Part shown: piece by piece, positions 48,103 through 58,119 of the stretch
Layout of the letters: every line of letters begins with the position of its first letter
How positions within the stretch are numbered: position 1 is the first letter of the stretch
From: an uncultured archaeon
Lineage (GTDB): Archaea; Asgardarchaeota; Heimdallarchaeia; Heimdallarchaeales; Kariarchaeaceae
Direction of reading: 5' to 3'
Length of the DNA: 64,000 nucleotides
Assembly: GCA_964645535.1 (NCBI GenBank)
Contig: CAZYCQ010000006.1
Span: forward strand, 37,583 to 101,582
Position numbers and translations under genes: made by a program
The notes under the pieces: generated by a model
Database searches by the model: none
Seen by the model: the letters and a program-made list of their open reading frames with translations, nothing else
Told to the model about the DNA's origin: nothing

Positions 48103-49641
48103 ATGACTATTTTCACCAAGAGAGGCGGAATTGTTGTTTTCAACGGAATTTTGTTTTTGGCGGTCGGTATCGCAATGGCAGGTTATAAAGCCATTGGAAT
48201 CTTTGCAAACACCTTTCTAGCGCAAGCATTAGGTGACTATGCAACAGACGACGCGATTCGAGCCTTGTATCCAACCAATGAGGCAATAGCGGAAAACGGG
48301 ATGGCAGCTTTAGGTCAGATCTTGGGAATAACAATTTTGGAAGCACTATTTCGGGCGATTTTGGACAGATTAGTCACAATAGACAATTCGCTGATCTTCT
48401 ACTTCCTAATGATTGGATCCATGCTGATCTTCTCAGTTGTAGTGAGCTTTCCGTTGTTTGCTGCCGGAGCAGATTATAAATCCGTGAAGATAGTCCGAAA
48501 AGTTGAAAGAGAAAAGGTGTTTGCGGGGGATTACTTGCTTGTCGAAGTAAAGGTGAAAAATAAGTCATTAAATCAGATCCCTGTTTTGGAGGTTTATGAT
48601 GCCTATCCAGAAGTATTTGATTTGGCGCTAGGTGAGAATTTCATTTCTACACAATTGGCAAGTAAACAATCGATAGTGTTTGCATATATTCTGAGAATTC
48701 CAATACGCGGAAGATTCCTGATAGGTCCAACCAAGGTCATAATTCATGACCGTCAAGGTTTCTTTTCAACTGAGGCGATTCTTGCGGAAATGACAGAAGT
48801 TCTAGTCTATCCATCCTATGAAGATATCAAGAAATTGCAGATGCTGGGTTCCAAACGACAGCTCGGAGTTCTATTCGGAGCTCATAAAACCAAAATCAAA
48901 GGTTCCGGTACAGATTTCTTCGGAATCAGAACCTATCAACCCGGAGACCCCTTAAAGTATGTTCACTGGCCTTCAGTTGCCAAATCCGGCGGAGAAAAAA
49001 TGATGGTTCGGGAATTTGAATCCGAACAGAACATCAGGGTCATAATCATGATAGATGCATCCGCCTCCATGGGGGCAGGACTCCCAAGAAATACAAAGTT
49101 GGAATATTCAATCAGAGGGGCAGTCCTAATGGCATATTTGGCCTTAGAAAAGAAGGATTCAGTTGGATTGGTGGTATTTGACAAAGAATTGCGAACGTAT
49201 CTTGAACCTTCTGGAAATCAAAATTTCATGTATCAATTCCTAGAAAGTTTGGCAAATATCACACCACAAGGACGTCCGGACATCGTAAGTGTAGTTGAAA
49301 GCTTGATTCCACGAATGACAAAGGCCTCTTATTTTGTTCTATTTTCCGATTTGGAAATGAACCATGAGGAAATTATCGATGCAATGAGAAAGCTTAGGGC
49401 ACATAAGCATAGGGTGATGATAATTTCCCCATTTGGACCATGGTTCGAAGCAAGGGTTTCAGAACTATCTCCAACAGATCGGATGATTGGTGAAGCCATC
49501 CAAGAAGGGTTCATTTCACAACGAACAGAATTATTCAAGCTATTAAGAGGGCTAGATGTCATTGCCATGAGTGTGGGGCCCGATGATATGCTAGCCAATG
49601 TAATGGCGGAATTTTCCAAGATGAAAGCAATTGGTTCATAG
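48103..49641 (+). CDS. DUF58 (vWA-like) membrane-anchored protein
   Basis: G.DF.GIR.Y.PGD.L..VHW, VREFE.E, D.S.SM MIDAS motif. Confidence 0.88.
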   Translation: MTIFTKRGGIVVFNGILFLAVGIAMAGYKAIGIFANTFLAQALGDYATDDAIRALYPTNEAIAENGMAALGQILGITILEALFRAILDRLVTIDNSLIFYFLMIGSMLIFSVVVSFPLFAAGADYKSVKIVRKVEREKVFAGDYLLVEVKVKNKSLNQIPVLEVYDAYPEVFDLALGENFISTQLASKQSIVFAYILRIPIRGRFLIGPTKVIIHDRQGFFSTEAILAEMTEVLVYPSYEDIKKLQMLGSKRQLGVLFGAHKTKIKGSGTDFFGIRTYQPGDPLKYVHWPSVAKSGGEKMMVREFESEQNIRVIIMIDASASMGAGLPRNTKLEYSIRGAVLMAYLALEKKDSVGLVVFDKELRTYLEPSGNQNFMYQFLESLANITPQGRPDIVSVVESLIPRMTKASYFVLFSDLEMNHEEIIDAMRKLRAHKHRVMIISPFGPWFEARVSELSPTDRMIGEAIQEGFISQRTELFKLLRGLDVIAMSVGPDDMLANVMAEFSKMKAIGS

Positions 49642-49752
49642 AGACAAAAGGAAATAGGCAACTCGATACAGCAAAACACTTTTGATGGGTAAGCTTTTTT
49701 TTGTAAAATGTCCTACTACCGATAAGCTATACCTTGGTATTGTGATGGAACC

Positions 49753-50748
49753 ATGTCAGAAACAGAAAAGAAAGCTACCAAAAGCAAGAAGGCCAAAGAT
49801 GCAAGGATGACCCCAGAAGACATTAAGAATATCTGGGAAGAATGCTATGCCGAAGTCAAGAAAGTTGTTATCGGAAAGGCAGATGTTTTGGAGGATATAA
49901 TGATTGTATTGCTTGGAGAAGGGCATATCCTTCTAGAAGGGGTGCCGGGCATTGCAAAAACACACATAACCAATTCGTTCGCTTCGGCCATTGGATTGGA
50001 ATTCAACAGAGCTCAATTCACACCAGACCTACTTCCATCGGATGTGTTGGGGACAAATATCTATGATCCAAAAACAGGTACCTTCAAACTTCGGAGAGGG
50101 CCAATTTTCACCAACCTGCTCCTTGCCGACGAAATCAACAGAAGTCCCCCCAAGACTCAAGCAGCCTTATTGGAAGCTATGGCGGAAAAACAGGTTTCCA
50201 TTGAGGGAACAACCTATAAGCTTGATCGTCCATTCATCGTAATTGCCACTCAAAACCCGGTTGAGCAGGAAGGAACCTATCCCCTACCGGAAGCGCAGGT
50301 CGACAGGTTTGGAATGAAACTACTACTTACCCTCCCCGAACCTGATGAAGAGTTGGATATTATCAAACTAAAGCACGAAGGAACAAAATTGAAGGTCAGA
50401 AGGGTCACTACTGCCCAAACAGTGAATAAAATGATCGAGGTGGTCAAGGAACACATCTACATTTCCAATGACGTAATGGCCTACATGAGAGACATCATTG
50501 TCAAAACCAGAACCGATCCAAGATTGGTGCTGGGATGTTCACCAAGAGCTTCTATTGCCTTACTTGGCCATTCCAAAGCTCATGCAGCATTGAAAGGCAG
50601 ATCATATGTTATCCCTGATGACTGCAAGAGAGTAATGGTCAATACTATCCACCATCGTTTGCAAATCAAATCAGAGTTTGAATTGGAAGGAGTTACTGGA
50701 AAGGTGGTTATTGAGGACATCATGAACTCAACCACGGTTCCTGTATAA
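49753..50748 (+). CDS. moxR: MoxR AAA+ ATPase
   Basis: EGVPGIAKT, FTPDLLPSD, DEINR, ATQNP.E.EGTYPLPEAQ.DRF. Confidence 0.93.
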   Translation: MSETEKKATKSKKAKDARMTPEDIKNIWEECYAEVKKVVIGKADVLEDIMIVLLGEGHILLEGVPGIAKTHITNSFASAIGLEFNRAQFTPDLLPSDVLGTNIYDPKTGTFKLRRGPIFTNLLLADEINRSPPKTQAALLEAMAEKQVSIEGTTYKLDRPFIVIATQNPVEQEGTYPLPEAQVDRFGMKLLLTLPEPDEELDIIKLKHEGTKLKVRRVTTAQTVNKMIEVVKEHIYISNDVMAYMRDIIVKTRTDPRLVLGCSPRASIALLGHSKAHAALKGRSYVIPDDCKRVMVNTIHHRLQIKSEFELEGVTGKVVIEDIMNSTTVPV

Positions 50749-50758
50749 TGGTGAGCAT

Positions 50759-52309
50759 ATGAGTGTCACAGAACGGGTTGGACAAGTCAGAGATCTATTC
50801 AGAAGTTCGAGAAGAAGAATCCAGATCTCCATGTGGGTCATCAGGGCAATTGGATTCCTCATTCTGGGATTGATGATATCCACGATCATGAATGCAACCC
50901 TTCCAGGAGTCTTCACTACAACTAACCTTCAGGTTTTCTTTTTGATACTTTTCCTAGTGGTTTTCAGTTTGATCCTTGCCACCTTCACACTCGTCGGTAC
51001 GCTCATGGCAATGCTTATTTCATTGATTCCATTAGTCTCAATTCCAGCAGATCAATTGAGTGCCGAATTGGTTTTTGTGACTAGGGCGTTTGTTGAAAAG
51101 GTTTTATTCAGTTCATTGGATATTAGCTCGACAGGTCTTGACAAAGATCAATTTCTGGGTACAGGCACAGATCCGTTAGGCCCCCTTGCATATTTGATCA
51201 ATAAACCACAAAGGGAATTGTACAACACTGCATTTGTCAACGGCACACTCTTCTTTGCCTTAATTCTAATGGTAATTGCTGGAATAAACTTTCTTTTCAG
51301 AGGTAATACTACCCAAGCAATCTCAGCATTTCTTCTCTCTCAATTTATCATTGGTTATGGATATATGAAAGACCGATTGCAACCCTTGGTTTTGCAGACA
51401 GGTTCTGTCAACGATCTTTTGGTATCTTCGATGTTTCAGATCGGTTTCATAACCTATCTTTTCCTTGAATATTCTCTTCAGACGTCATATCTTTCTTCTC
51501 TTGCACGACCCAGTTTGGAGCGCCAAACAAGAGTTCAGAAACAGATTGAACGGTTGGAAAAGTTCAAGTTAGGAATGGAGGAGGAAGAAACCAAGCAGAA
51601 ACCAACCATTAAGGAGGAGGAAAAAGAAGAAAAAGAAGAAAAGATGAGCTCAGAATTGTCAGCAGGGAGTGCAGGTTCCACCACCGCTAAAAAGTTTGGT
51701 GCTGAGGCACTGATGTTCCTTTTGGAAAGTGCTCATGATGCGGTATTGGCAAGACCCGAAGGAGAACAGCAAAGATTGAATGTTAGGCTTCAAAGATATT
51801 ATGAGGGCTTAACAGTTCACGATCGGAAACTTCCGTACAAGCTTGGAGGAACGGCTGGAAAGACCTTCAATCCATTTGTCACCTTATTCTACATAATTCT
51901 CTCTTCTGGATTGAGAATGACCGGAATTATTTTTCTGACTTGGTTAATCATCAATCCGAAAATATTCTTTTCCAGTATCAATTTTCCACCCACATTGGTT
52001 AATTCCATAGAATTCGACCAACCGGAAGGTCTTTTGCTTGTTTTGATACCAGTTATTTTCTTGATAATGGGAATCTCCATAATCCTCATTCGGATATTGA
52101 ATTATTCCAGATCATCTGAAGAGCTGATAATCCAAGAACATGAGATCCAGGAAATCATTAAAAGAGGGAAAGCGATTACCTCAAGAGAACAATACGAACA
52201 AATGATGAAGGAAGAGACGACGGCGAGTCCTACAAAAGAAAAGTCTCAATCCAAACCTCAAACCAAACCTTCCCAAACAAAAAGACGAAGAAGAAAGAAG
52301 AAACGATAA
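50759..52309 (+). CDS. Multi-pass membrane protein with charged loop and basic tail
   Basis: Multiple TM helices, acidic loop, C-terminal RRRRKKKR; starts 10 bp after moxR. Confidence 0.65.
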   Translation: MSVTERVGQVRDLFRSSRRRIQISMWVIRAIGFLILGLMISTIMNATLPGVFTTTNLQVFFLILFLVVFSLILATFTLVGTLMAMLISLIPLVSIPADQLSAELVFVTRAFVEKVLFSSLDISSTGLDKDQFLGTGTDPLGPLAYLINKPQRELYNTAFVNGTLFFALILMVIAGINFLFRGNTTQAISAFLLSQFIIGYGYMKDRLQPLVLQTGSVNDLLVSSMFQIGFITYLFLEYSLQTSYLSSLARPSLERQTRVQKQIERLEKFKLGMEEEETKQKPTIKEEEKEEKEEKMSSELSAGSAGSTTAKKFGAEALMFLLESAHDAVLARPEGEQQRLNVRLQRYYEGLTVHDRKLPYKLGGTAGKTFNPFVTLFYIILSSGLRMTGIIFLTWLIINPKIFFSSINFPPTLVNSIEFDQPEGLLLVLIPVIFLIMGISIILIRILNYSRSSEELIIQEHEIQEIIKRGKAITSREQYEQMMKEETTASPTKEKSQSKPQTKPSQTKRRRRKKKR

Positions 52310-52384
52310 AAATCCACAATGGTATGAGTTCGAGTTTGATTAAGTTTCGATACTGAAATAAATCATCCAAGTTCAACAAGATCG

Positions 52385-53185
52385 ATGGAAAATTTTGAAG
52401 ATATTGTCGGGATATTGTTCAGTGGAGGTAAGGGTTCCCGGCTTTTTCCAATCAATGAATTCTATCAGAAGGTAATGATGCCGATCGGGATTTATGGGAC
52501 ACCGCTTCTTGAATACGTAATCCGTCATCTCAAATACCATGGTATAAAAAATTTTATCGCGTTGATAGGATACAAAGGGGAGATGGTTCAACGTTATTTT
52601 GGAGATGGATCTCGATTTGGGGTCAACATTTCATATTGTTTTGACAATCCAAATTTGAAAGGAACTGCATCTGCCCTTTGGAATGCAAAAGACATGATTG
52701 GGGATAGGGATATGCTGGTGTACTATACAGACATCCTGACATCATTGGATGTGGGAAAGTTCATTAAGGACTTTCGCAGTAAAAGCTGGGCTTGGGGAAA
52801 CCTTTGGCTTGACCAGAATTGGGATGAAAGTGAAAAGATTGTCGAATATGATTCAGAGTTCGTGGTACAAGGTCTCTCATCGTCATTGAACAGTGAAGAA
52901 ATTCCAGTTTCAGAAAGGTTATTTGTCAATACAGGAATTTCTTTGCTTTCCAACAAGGTATTTGGTCTAATTGAAGAACTCATGCCCAAAAACATTGGTA
53001 CAGACATAATTGAGTTGGACATTTCAAGGGACATCCTTCCTAGGTTGGCAGAGGAAGGAAGACTGGGCGGCTACTTTTCAGATAACTGGTGGGTTGATGT
53101 CGGAAGCATCACGCGACTGACATCTCTTTCACCACAGATTCTTGTCAGACAGATGGCCCATCTTTCTGAGGAGGTAAAGTTTTAA
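52385..53185 (+). CDS. Sugar-phosphate nucleotidyltransferase (NTP_transferase)
   Basis: GGKGSRL.P......K, GTA.AL, NTGI, W.DVG. Confidence 0.85.
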   Translation: MENFEDIVGILFSGGKGSRLFPINEFYQKVMMPIGIYGTPLLEYVIRHLKYHGIKNFIALIGYKGEMVQRYFGDGSRFGVNISYCFDNPNLKGTASALWNAKDMIGDRDMLVYYTDILTSLDVGKFIKDFRSKSWAWGNLWLDQNWDESEKIVEYDSEFVVQGLSSSLNSEEIPVSERLFVNTGISLLSNKVFGLIEELMPKNIGTDIIELDISRDILPRLAEEGRLGGYFSDNWWVDVGSITRLTSLSPQILVRQMAHLSEEVKF

Positions 53186-53994
53186 TGGTACTAGATGTAG
53201 TTATTCAATTTCCAAGAGTGGAAGGATTGAATCCCATCAATACATACCTCCATCCAGGATTGTGGTTAATTGGAAATGAGAAACAGAACGGATCCATTGA
53301 ATCGAACAACCTGAGTGTTTTGGAATTGATCACCGGACATCTTAAACACCATAACCTGACAAGTTTCAAATGGGTTGGAAAACGGGAAATCCTTCAAACC
53401 TACAAATTGGCAGAAACCCTCAGTGAACAGAAAAACATCAGAGTTCAAGTTGTTGAAGCCCATCAGGATTATTCGGTTGAACAACTAGTAAATTTACCTG
53501 ACAAGCCAGTACTTCTTTATCCGGGACATATTCTAACCAACGCGAATTTTTCAAGGATGATTAATTTCCACCATAGTCACAATGGTTTAGGAACAGTTCT
53601 TGTTTCGAAGGGAATACAATACCGGGTGGGAATTGCAAAGGTGGATCCAACAAATCTCAAGATAACTGCCTTCAAGGAAAAACCGTATGATGAAAACAGG
53701 TCAATCTATACAGGTATTGTTTTGTTGAAAGAGGGATGGAGATCATACCTCAATTCATTTTTGAAAGTTGACTGGGAACCTGACACGGAGACAAGGGTTT
53801 TGCAGTATCATGGATACCGATCTTCAATTGACCTTTTCGTAGATTATCTCATCAAGAAATCCCGTATCAAGGCCTATGTCATGGATGCTACGGAAAAGAA
53901 CAAAAAACCATGGTGGATCAATCTTTCACAATTGGAGACGTGGAGAAAACTGGATACCTCCATCATCTTCAATAACATGAAACATCTGTTTTAG
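53185..53994 (+). CDS. Degenerate nucleotidyltransferase-like protein
   Basis: Retains F.EKP, YTGI and WINL, but lacks GGxGxR; overlaps the previous stop. Confidence 0.65.
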   Translation: MVLDVVIQFPRVEGLNPINTYLHPGLWLIGNEKQNGSIESNNLSVLELITGHLKHHNLTSFKWVGKREILQTYKLAETLSEQKNIRVQVVEAHQDYSVEQLVNLPDKPVLLYPGHILTNANFSRMINFHHSHNGLGTVLVSKGIQYRVGIAKVDPTNLKITAFKEKPYDENRSIYTGIVLLKEGWRSYLNSFLKVDWEPDTETRVLQYHGYRSSIDLFVDYLIKKSRIKAYVMDATEKNKKPWWINLSQLETWRKLDTSIIFNNMKHLF

Positions 53995-54059
53995 TCCTTC
54001 AAGTGTTATCAGAGTAATACCTCTCCTTTTATTAAATTACCACGGCAATAAGATGAGAA

Positions 54060-55133
54060 ATGATTTTGGATCCTCAAACCGAACCACAAATCCAAGAGGA
54101 TAAATCTAGTGAAAGATGGGCAATTCTTGTTTCTTGCTACATACTTTCCTTGGGAATTGGAGTTCTGACATTATTTGTGAGTGCCTTGGATTATGGCAAT
54201 CAACAGATTATTTTTCTTCTTTCAGCATTTCCCCTAGCCATAATCTTTGACGTCAACAAAATTCGTTCCTATATCGATCCAGCTCTAAAAGAAAATACCT
54301 TTTTCAAAATCAAGCCCAACCCAATCAAATTCACCGTTATGCACCAGATCTTATCCTTTAGTTTTCTTTCTGCAATGATTCTATTAATTTTCAGAGTTGT
54401 CAAGAACTTAAGCTTTCAAATTTTCGGGACAATGACAGCTTCAATTCCTTTAGTACTTGCATCTCTCTTTTCACTGTATTTTCTTTATGATTTCCTTACA
54501 ATCCATCCCCTAAAGCATCTAATGTTAGGGATGCCGTCATGGTCAAGAAGCAAAATTCCTGCATTCCCAGGGAGGGGGTCGGTTTTCATTGTCCGTTTAC
54601 CCCTTGTCCTGTTTTTATTAATGGTATCAATCAATCTAGGAACAAATCCCATTGGCTTAGCGACCGTTGCCTTTTTCGGATCCATTTTTCTTCAGTCAGT
54701 GACAATTATAATTGAACAGAATTATTTCCGTAATGCAGCATACCACATTATTGAGGAAACCAAGGAAGCGATCCCTCTTGGAGTCAACCCTAATGATACC
54801 AAGCAAAGTTGGCCATTTCTTTCTGCATTGGGTTTGGAAGATGATCCTATGACTGAGCCAGTGGTTCCTGAACCTACAATCAATAAAATCAGGGAAGCAA
54901 AGCCGGAAAATCCTGTTGGTCACCAACTGATCAATACGCATATTGATCATCCAACGGCGTCAAAAACATTGCAGAAACTGATTGCAAAAGTAAAAGAGGA
55001 AGAATATGGCGGGCAATCCCCTTTGGTAGGAGAAGAACAGGCAAAATTGTTTTTATTCTGCATGAATTGTGGAACGCGAAACAATGCAATCAATACCTAT
55101 TGCCATGCCTGTGGAACAAGTTTACAGTTTTAA
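54060..55133 (+). CDS. Membrane protein with C-terminal zinc ribbon
   Basis: About 6 TM helices, then CMNCG...YCHACG. Confidence 0.7.
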   Translation: MILDPQTEPQIQEDKSSERWAILVSCYILSLGIGVLTLFVSALDYGNQQIIFLLSAFPLAIIFDVNKIRSYIDPALKENTFFKIKPNPIKFTVMHQILSFSFLSAMILLIFRVVKNLSFQIFGTMTASIPLVLASLFSLYFLYDFLTIHPLKHLMLGMPSWSRSKIPAFPGRGSVFIVRLPLVLFLLMVSINLGTNPIGLATVAFFGSIFLQSVTIIIEQNYFRNAAYHIIEETKEAIPLGVNPNDTKQSWPFLSALGLEDDPMTEPVVPEPTINKIREAKPENPVGHQLINTHIDHPTASKTLQKLIAKVKEEEYGGQSPLVGEEQAKLFLFCMNCGTRNNAINTYCHACGTSLQF

Positions 55134-55202
55134 TGGATAATTTACATTCTTCCCCATAATGAGAAACAATATTTTAGAATTAGTATATGATATCTCCTAT
55201 AG

Positions 55203-55730
55203 ATGCTCAATAAGTTTTCAGACATTAGGGTCAAAGTCATCCTTTTAGGGGATGGAAGGGTTGGAAAAACTAGTTTGGCGGTTCGTTACACTCAAGGGAA
55301 ATTCCAAGCAAATTATAAGCCAAGCCTTGGGGTTGACTTTCTGATCAAACGTGTCACAATCAACAACCGTCAATTGAAAATTCTTGTTTTTGATACAGCT
55401 GGCCAAGAGACTATTTCATCGATCCGCAAAAAATATTACTACGGAGCACATGGAGCAGTGATTGTTTACGACGTCACTCGGAGAAAAACTTTTGAGAACA
55501 TTCCCATTTGGTTGAATGAACTAAAAGACCAAGTAGGGGAAATATATACTGTTATCGTTGGGAACAAAACAGATCTTGTTGAAGAAAGGGAAGTTTCCTA
55601 TGAAGAAGCAGAAGCCTATGCAAAAGAATTAGGGGCAGATTACCTGGAAACCTCAGCATTGAGTGGAGAAAATGTCACGGACCTGTTCCAGATGTACATT
55701 GATTATGTGATCAAAGAACTTGAGACGTAA
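55203..55730 (+). CDS. Rab-like small GTPase
   Basis: GDGRVGKT, LGVDF, DTAGQE, YYYGA, NKTD, ETSAL. Confidence 0.93.
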   Translation: MLNKFSDIRVKVILLGDGRVGKTSLAVRYTQGKFQANYKPSLGVDFLIKRVTINNRQLKILVFDTAGQETISSIRKKYYYGAHGAVIVYDVTRRKTFENIPIWLNELKDQVGEIYTVIVGNKTDLVEEREVSYEEAEAYAKELGADYLETSALSGENVTDLFQMYIDYVIKELET

Positions 55731-56381
55731 TTACCTCTTTCTCCAAAACTCGATACCAACTACACGAGACCCTTTAACCAATACCCTAGGTTCGTAATTG
55801 GCAACATCAAAGAACCCATCAGGGACACCATCTATTGGTTCAATTCTGGTTTCATCTTCTCCTTCAAGAATGGAAAATATTTTTCCGTCGACAATCATAT
55901 AATCGCGAACCATTCCCTTAGGTCGTTGAAGAGAGGAAAATTCATCCACAATTTTCATGGGATCCAGTTCTTCAGTGGTCTTTGGTGGAGAAGGTTCCTC
56001 AGACTGCTTTTTGGGGGTGGAAATAGGTCTTGGCTCTTCAGAAATGAAGTCTTCCCTCAACCGTTCCCTTTGCTCAATAAGTACCTGTGGCAACCCCTTA
56101 TGTGTTTTCAGATCATTCATATAATTGACAAAATCATTTTCAAAGTCCTCATACATATCATCATGCTGAACATTGAAAGTCTGAAATCCAGTCTCCATTT
56201 TTATTCTTCTTGCTTCTTTTGCAGCAATGAACCGTTTCCTCACATTAGCGTCCTTTCCCGTCCATATGTAGGTCCGTTTATTTCTGTAGCTAAGAAGAAG
56301 ATAGACCGAATCTTCTTTGAGTGTAGTTTCATGATCGGTGATTTCCCGCATTTCACCAGTATCATAGATTTCTATGAGCAT
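55731..56381 (-). CDS. Single gelsolin-domain protein with extra C-terminal domain (Asgard 1DGelX-like)
   Basis: DSVYLL....RTYIWTGKDANVRKRFIAA gelsolin motif, Pro-rich linker, small C-terminal domain. Confidence 0.78.
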   Translation of the reverse strand: MLIEIYDTGEMREITDHETTLKEDSVYLLLSYRNKRTYIWTGKDANVRKRFIAAKEARRIKMETGFQTFNVQHDDMYEDFENDFVNYMNDLKTHKGLPQVLIEQRERLREDFISEEPRPISTPKKQSEEPSPPKTTEELDPMKIVDEFSSLQRPKGMVRDYMIVDGKIFSILEGEDETRIEPIDGVPDGFFDVANYEPRVLVKGSRVVGIEFWRKR

Positions 56382-56876
56382 ACATAATCAATATTCTCAA
56401 TTGAATAAGAGTTTTTTCGAAAAAAACACTAAAATACACAAAAACATTGCCGAAGATTGAATTGATCTGGAAATTGCACAAATGTTTATTGCGATTAAGA
56501 AAGAAATTGCTTCTACATGGCATGAAAACCAATTCATTTAAAATTTAAATCATTTGATAAAATATTTTAATTTTTGTCGAATTATCTACAAGCATATTTT
56601 GGCGCCTCTATACACATTAGAATTTGTAATGGAAAAAGGCGCCATGAAACCGCATTTAATCGAATTTAGTGAAAGAAAAATCGACAAAGATGCATCCATT
56701 CGTCATTTTTAGATGTTCATATTTTTAAAAATTAAACGGACAATTTAACTATAGAGAGAACCATTCAATGAAATAATTCAGATTATTTCAACCATTCGTT
56801 GGATGAATGCAGACTTCAAAGTCAGTACGAAATGCGAATCCAGAGCCTCTTTCACAATTTTTTTGAGAGGAAGGCA

Positions 56877-56891
56877 CGAAACCTTTAAATA
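56877..56891 (+). promoter_or_regulatory. BRE/TATA promoter of histone gene
   Basis: CGAAACC followed by TTTAAATA (56884-56891); SD GGAGGT at 56942. Confidence 0.55.
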
Positions 56892-56956
56892 TGAGCCCTA
56901 CAAAGCTTATTTGTTCTTAACGGTCCTCGGACCAATAGAACGGAGGTACAACAAAA

Positions 56957-57130
56957 ATGGTAGAACTACTCGTCCAATCCAAAGTTAGAGCATACATCAA
57001 AGAAGCAGGTCTGAACACCGGAGGCGACAGCCTTGAAGCAATCGAAAAGGCCCTTAAAGGGATCTTGGATGATGCAATCCGCAGGGCAAAAGCCAACGAC
57101 AGGAAGACCTTGATGGCAAAGGATGTATAA
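56957..57130 (+). CDS. Short histone-fold protein (alpha3-truncated, face-to-face type)
   Basis: Not in ORF track (57 aa): MVELLVQSKVRAYIKEAGLNTGGDSLEAIEKALKGILDDAIRRAKANDRKTLMAKDV with RKTxxxxD; has promoter, SD and terminator. Confidence 0.88.
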   Translation: MVELLVQSKVRAYIKEAGLNTGGDSLEAIEKALKGILDDAIRRAKANDRKTLMAKDV

Positions 57131-57153
57131 TCTAGCTTTGGAATAAAACCAAC

Positions 57154-57184
57154 AAAAAAACACCCGCAAGGGTGATTTTTTTTT
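57154..57184 (+). terminator. Hairpin plus T-run terminator
   Basis: CACCC-GCAA-GGGTG followed by A and a T9 run, preceded by an A-run. Confidence 0.75.
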
Positions 57185-57259
57185 CGAATTCTCACGGATA
57201 ATTTTTCACTACAGTGCAAATCACAGGGTTTTTGAAAGCAGTTAAGCAATGTAAATTGA

Positions 57260-57538
57260 ATGCCTTCAAAAAGGGACTTGATTAGACAACAAGGTTATAA
57301 GAAATTAAAGAAAAAACGGATGAAGGAACTGGAAAAGCTGAAGACAGAGCTTGCAGCAGAGGAAGATCCAAAGCTACCTTCAAACAAGGGAGGGATGTGG
57401 AATATGGTTCTGGGATTGGTGTACATCATGATAGGAACCTTAGGTGCAGTGGTTGCCTTCATTTTCCAACAATTCTTTGTTGGGATTATTTTTGCGGTTA
57501 TCATGAACATTTTGGGTTGGAAGAGGATGTCCCGTTAG
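57260..57538 (+). CDS. Small membrane protein with basic N-terminus
   Basis: Lys-rich N-terminus and 2 TM helices. Confidence 0.55.
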   Translation: MPSKRDLIRQQGYKKLKKKRMKELEKLKTELAAEEDPKLPSNKGGMWNMVLGLVYIMIGTLGAVVAFIFQQFFVGIIFAVIMNILGWKRMSR

Positions 57539-58119
57539 TTTGTTGTAAGTTTACTGTTGGCATAAAACAATTGAAGAAGAAGTATTATGAGAGAGAGCAT
57601 CAACAACCCCAAAAGAATGAACATGAGAGGAAATGCGAAAAATTGACTTATAATACCGCCAAGCAGGAGAAGACCAATTCGTGTTGAATTTTCATAATAG
57701 ACGAATTTTGTGCTTATGTCCATTGAGCCAAATTTAGCATTGACATAGGAGATTGCCAAGGTCACCACCAATAAAGAAAGAACAACCAAGCGGGCTGTGG
57801 AAGAATCATCCATGAGATAGCCCATCAGAATTCCAGTCAGGATTACAACCTCAGAGAAAAATGAGCTTGCAAGGTCAATATACTCGATTCGGCTTTCTGG
57901 ATTTTCATTTACAATATATGTGGTAAGCTGATTGAAAATAAGATAAAGAGCCACAAAGGTCAGAAAATTGCTGAGATTTTCCAAATTGAAGAGAATGGCA
58001 CTTGCAAAAGCGCAGATTAGTTTGATGAACGAAAGAAGATGGGCGAAAGGGGGTGAAAAAAAGAATCGAGATTTTTTGGCATCATTATGTGTTGAAACCA
58101 CAAATATGATGGAACCCAT
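57535..58119 (-). CDS. Degenerate CDP-alcohol phosphatidyltransferase-like membrane protein
   Basis: YID...F.SE..IL.G, ISYVNAK, E...RI pattern; catalytic DG..AR motif absent. Confidence 0.55.
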   Translation of the reverse strand: MGSIIFVVSTHNDAKKSRFFFSPPFAHLLSFIKLICAFASAILFNLENLSNFLTFVALYLIFNQLTTYIVNENPESRIEYIDLASSFFSEVVILTGILMGYLMDDSSTARLVVLSLLVVTLAISYVNAKFGSMDISTKFVYYENSTRIGLLLLGGIISQFFAFPLMFILLGLLMLSLIILLLQLFYANSKLTTN

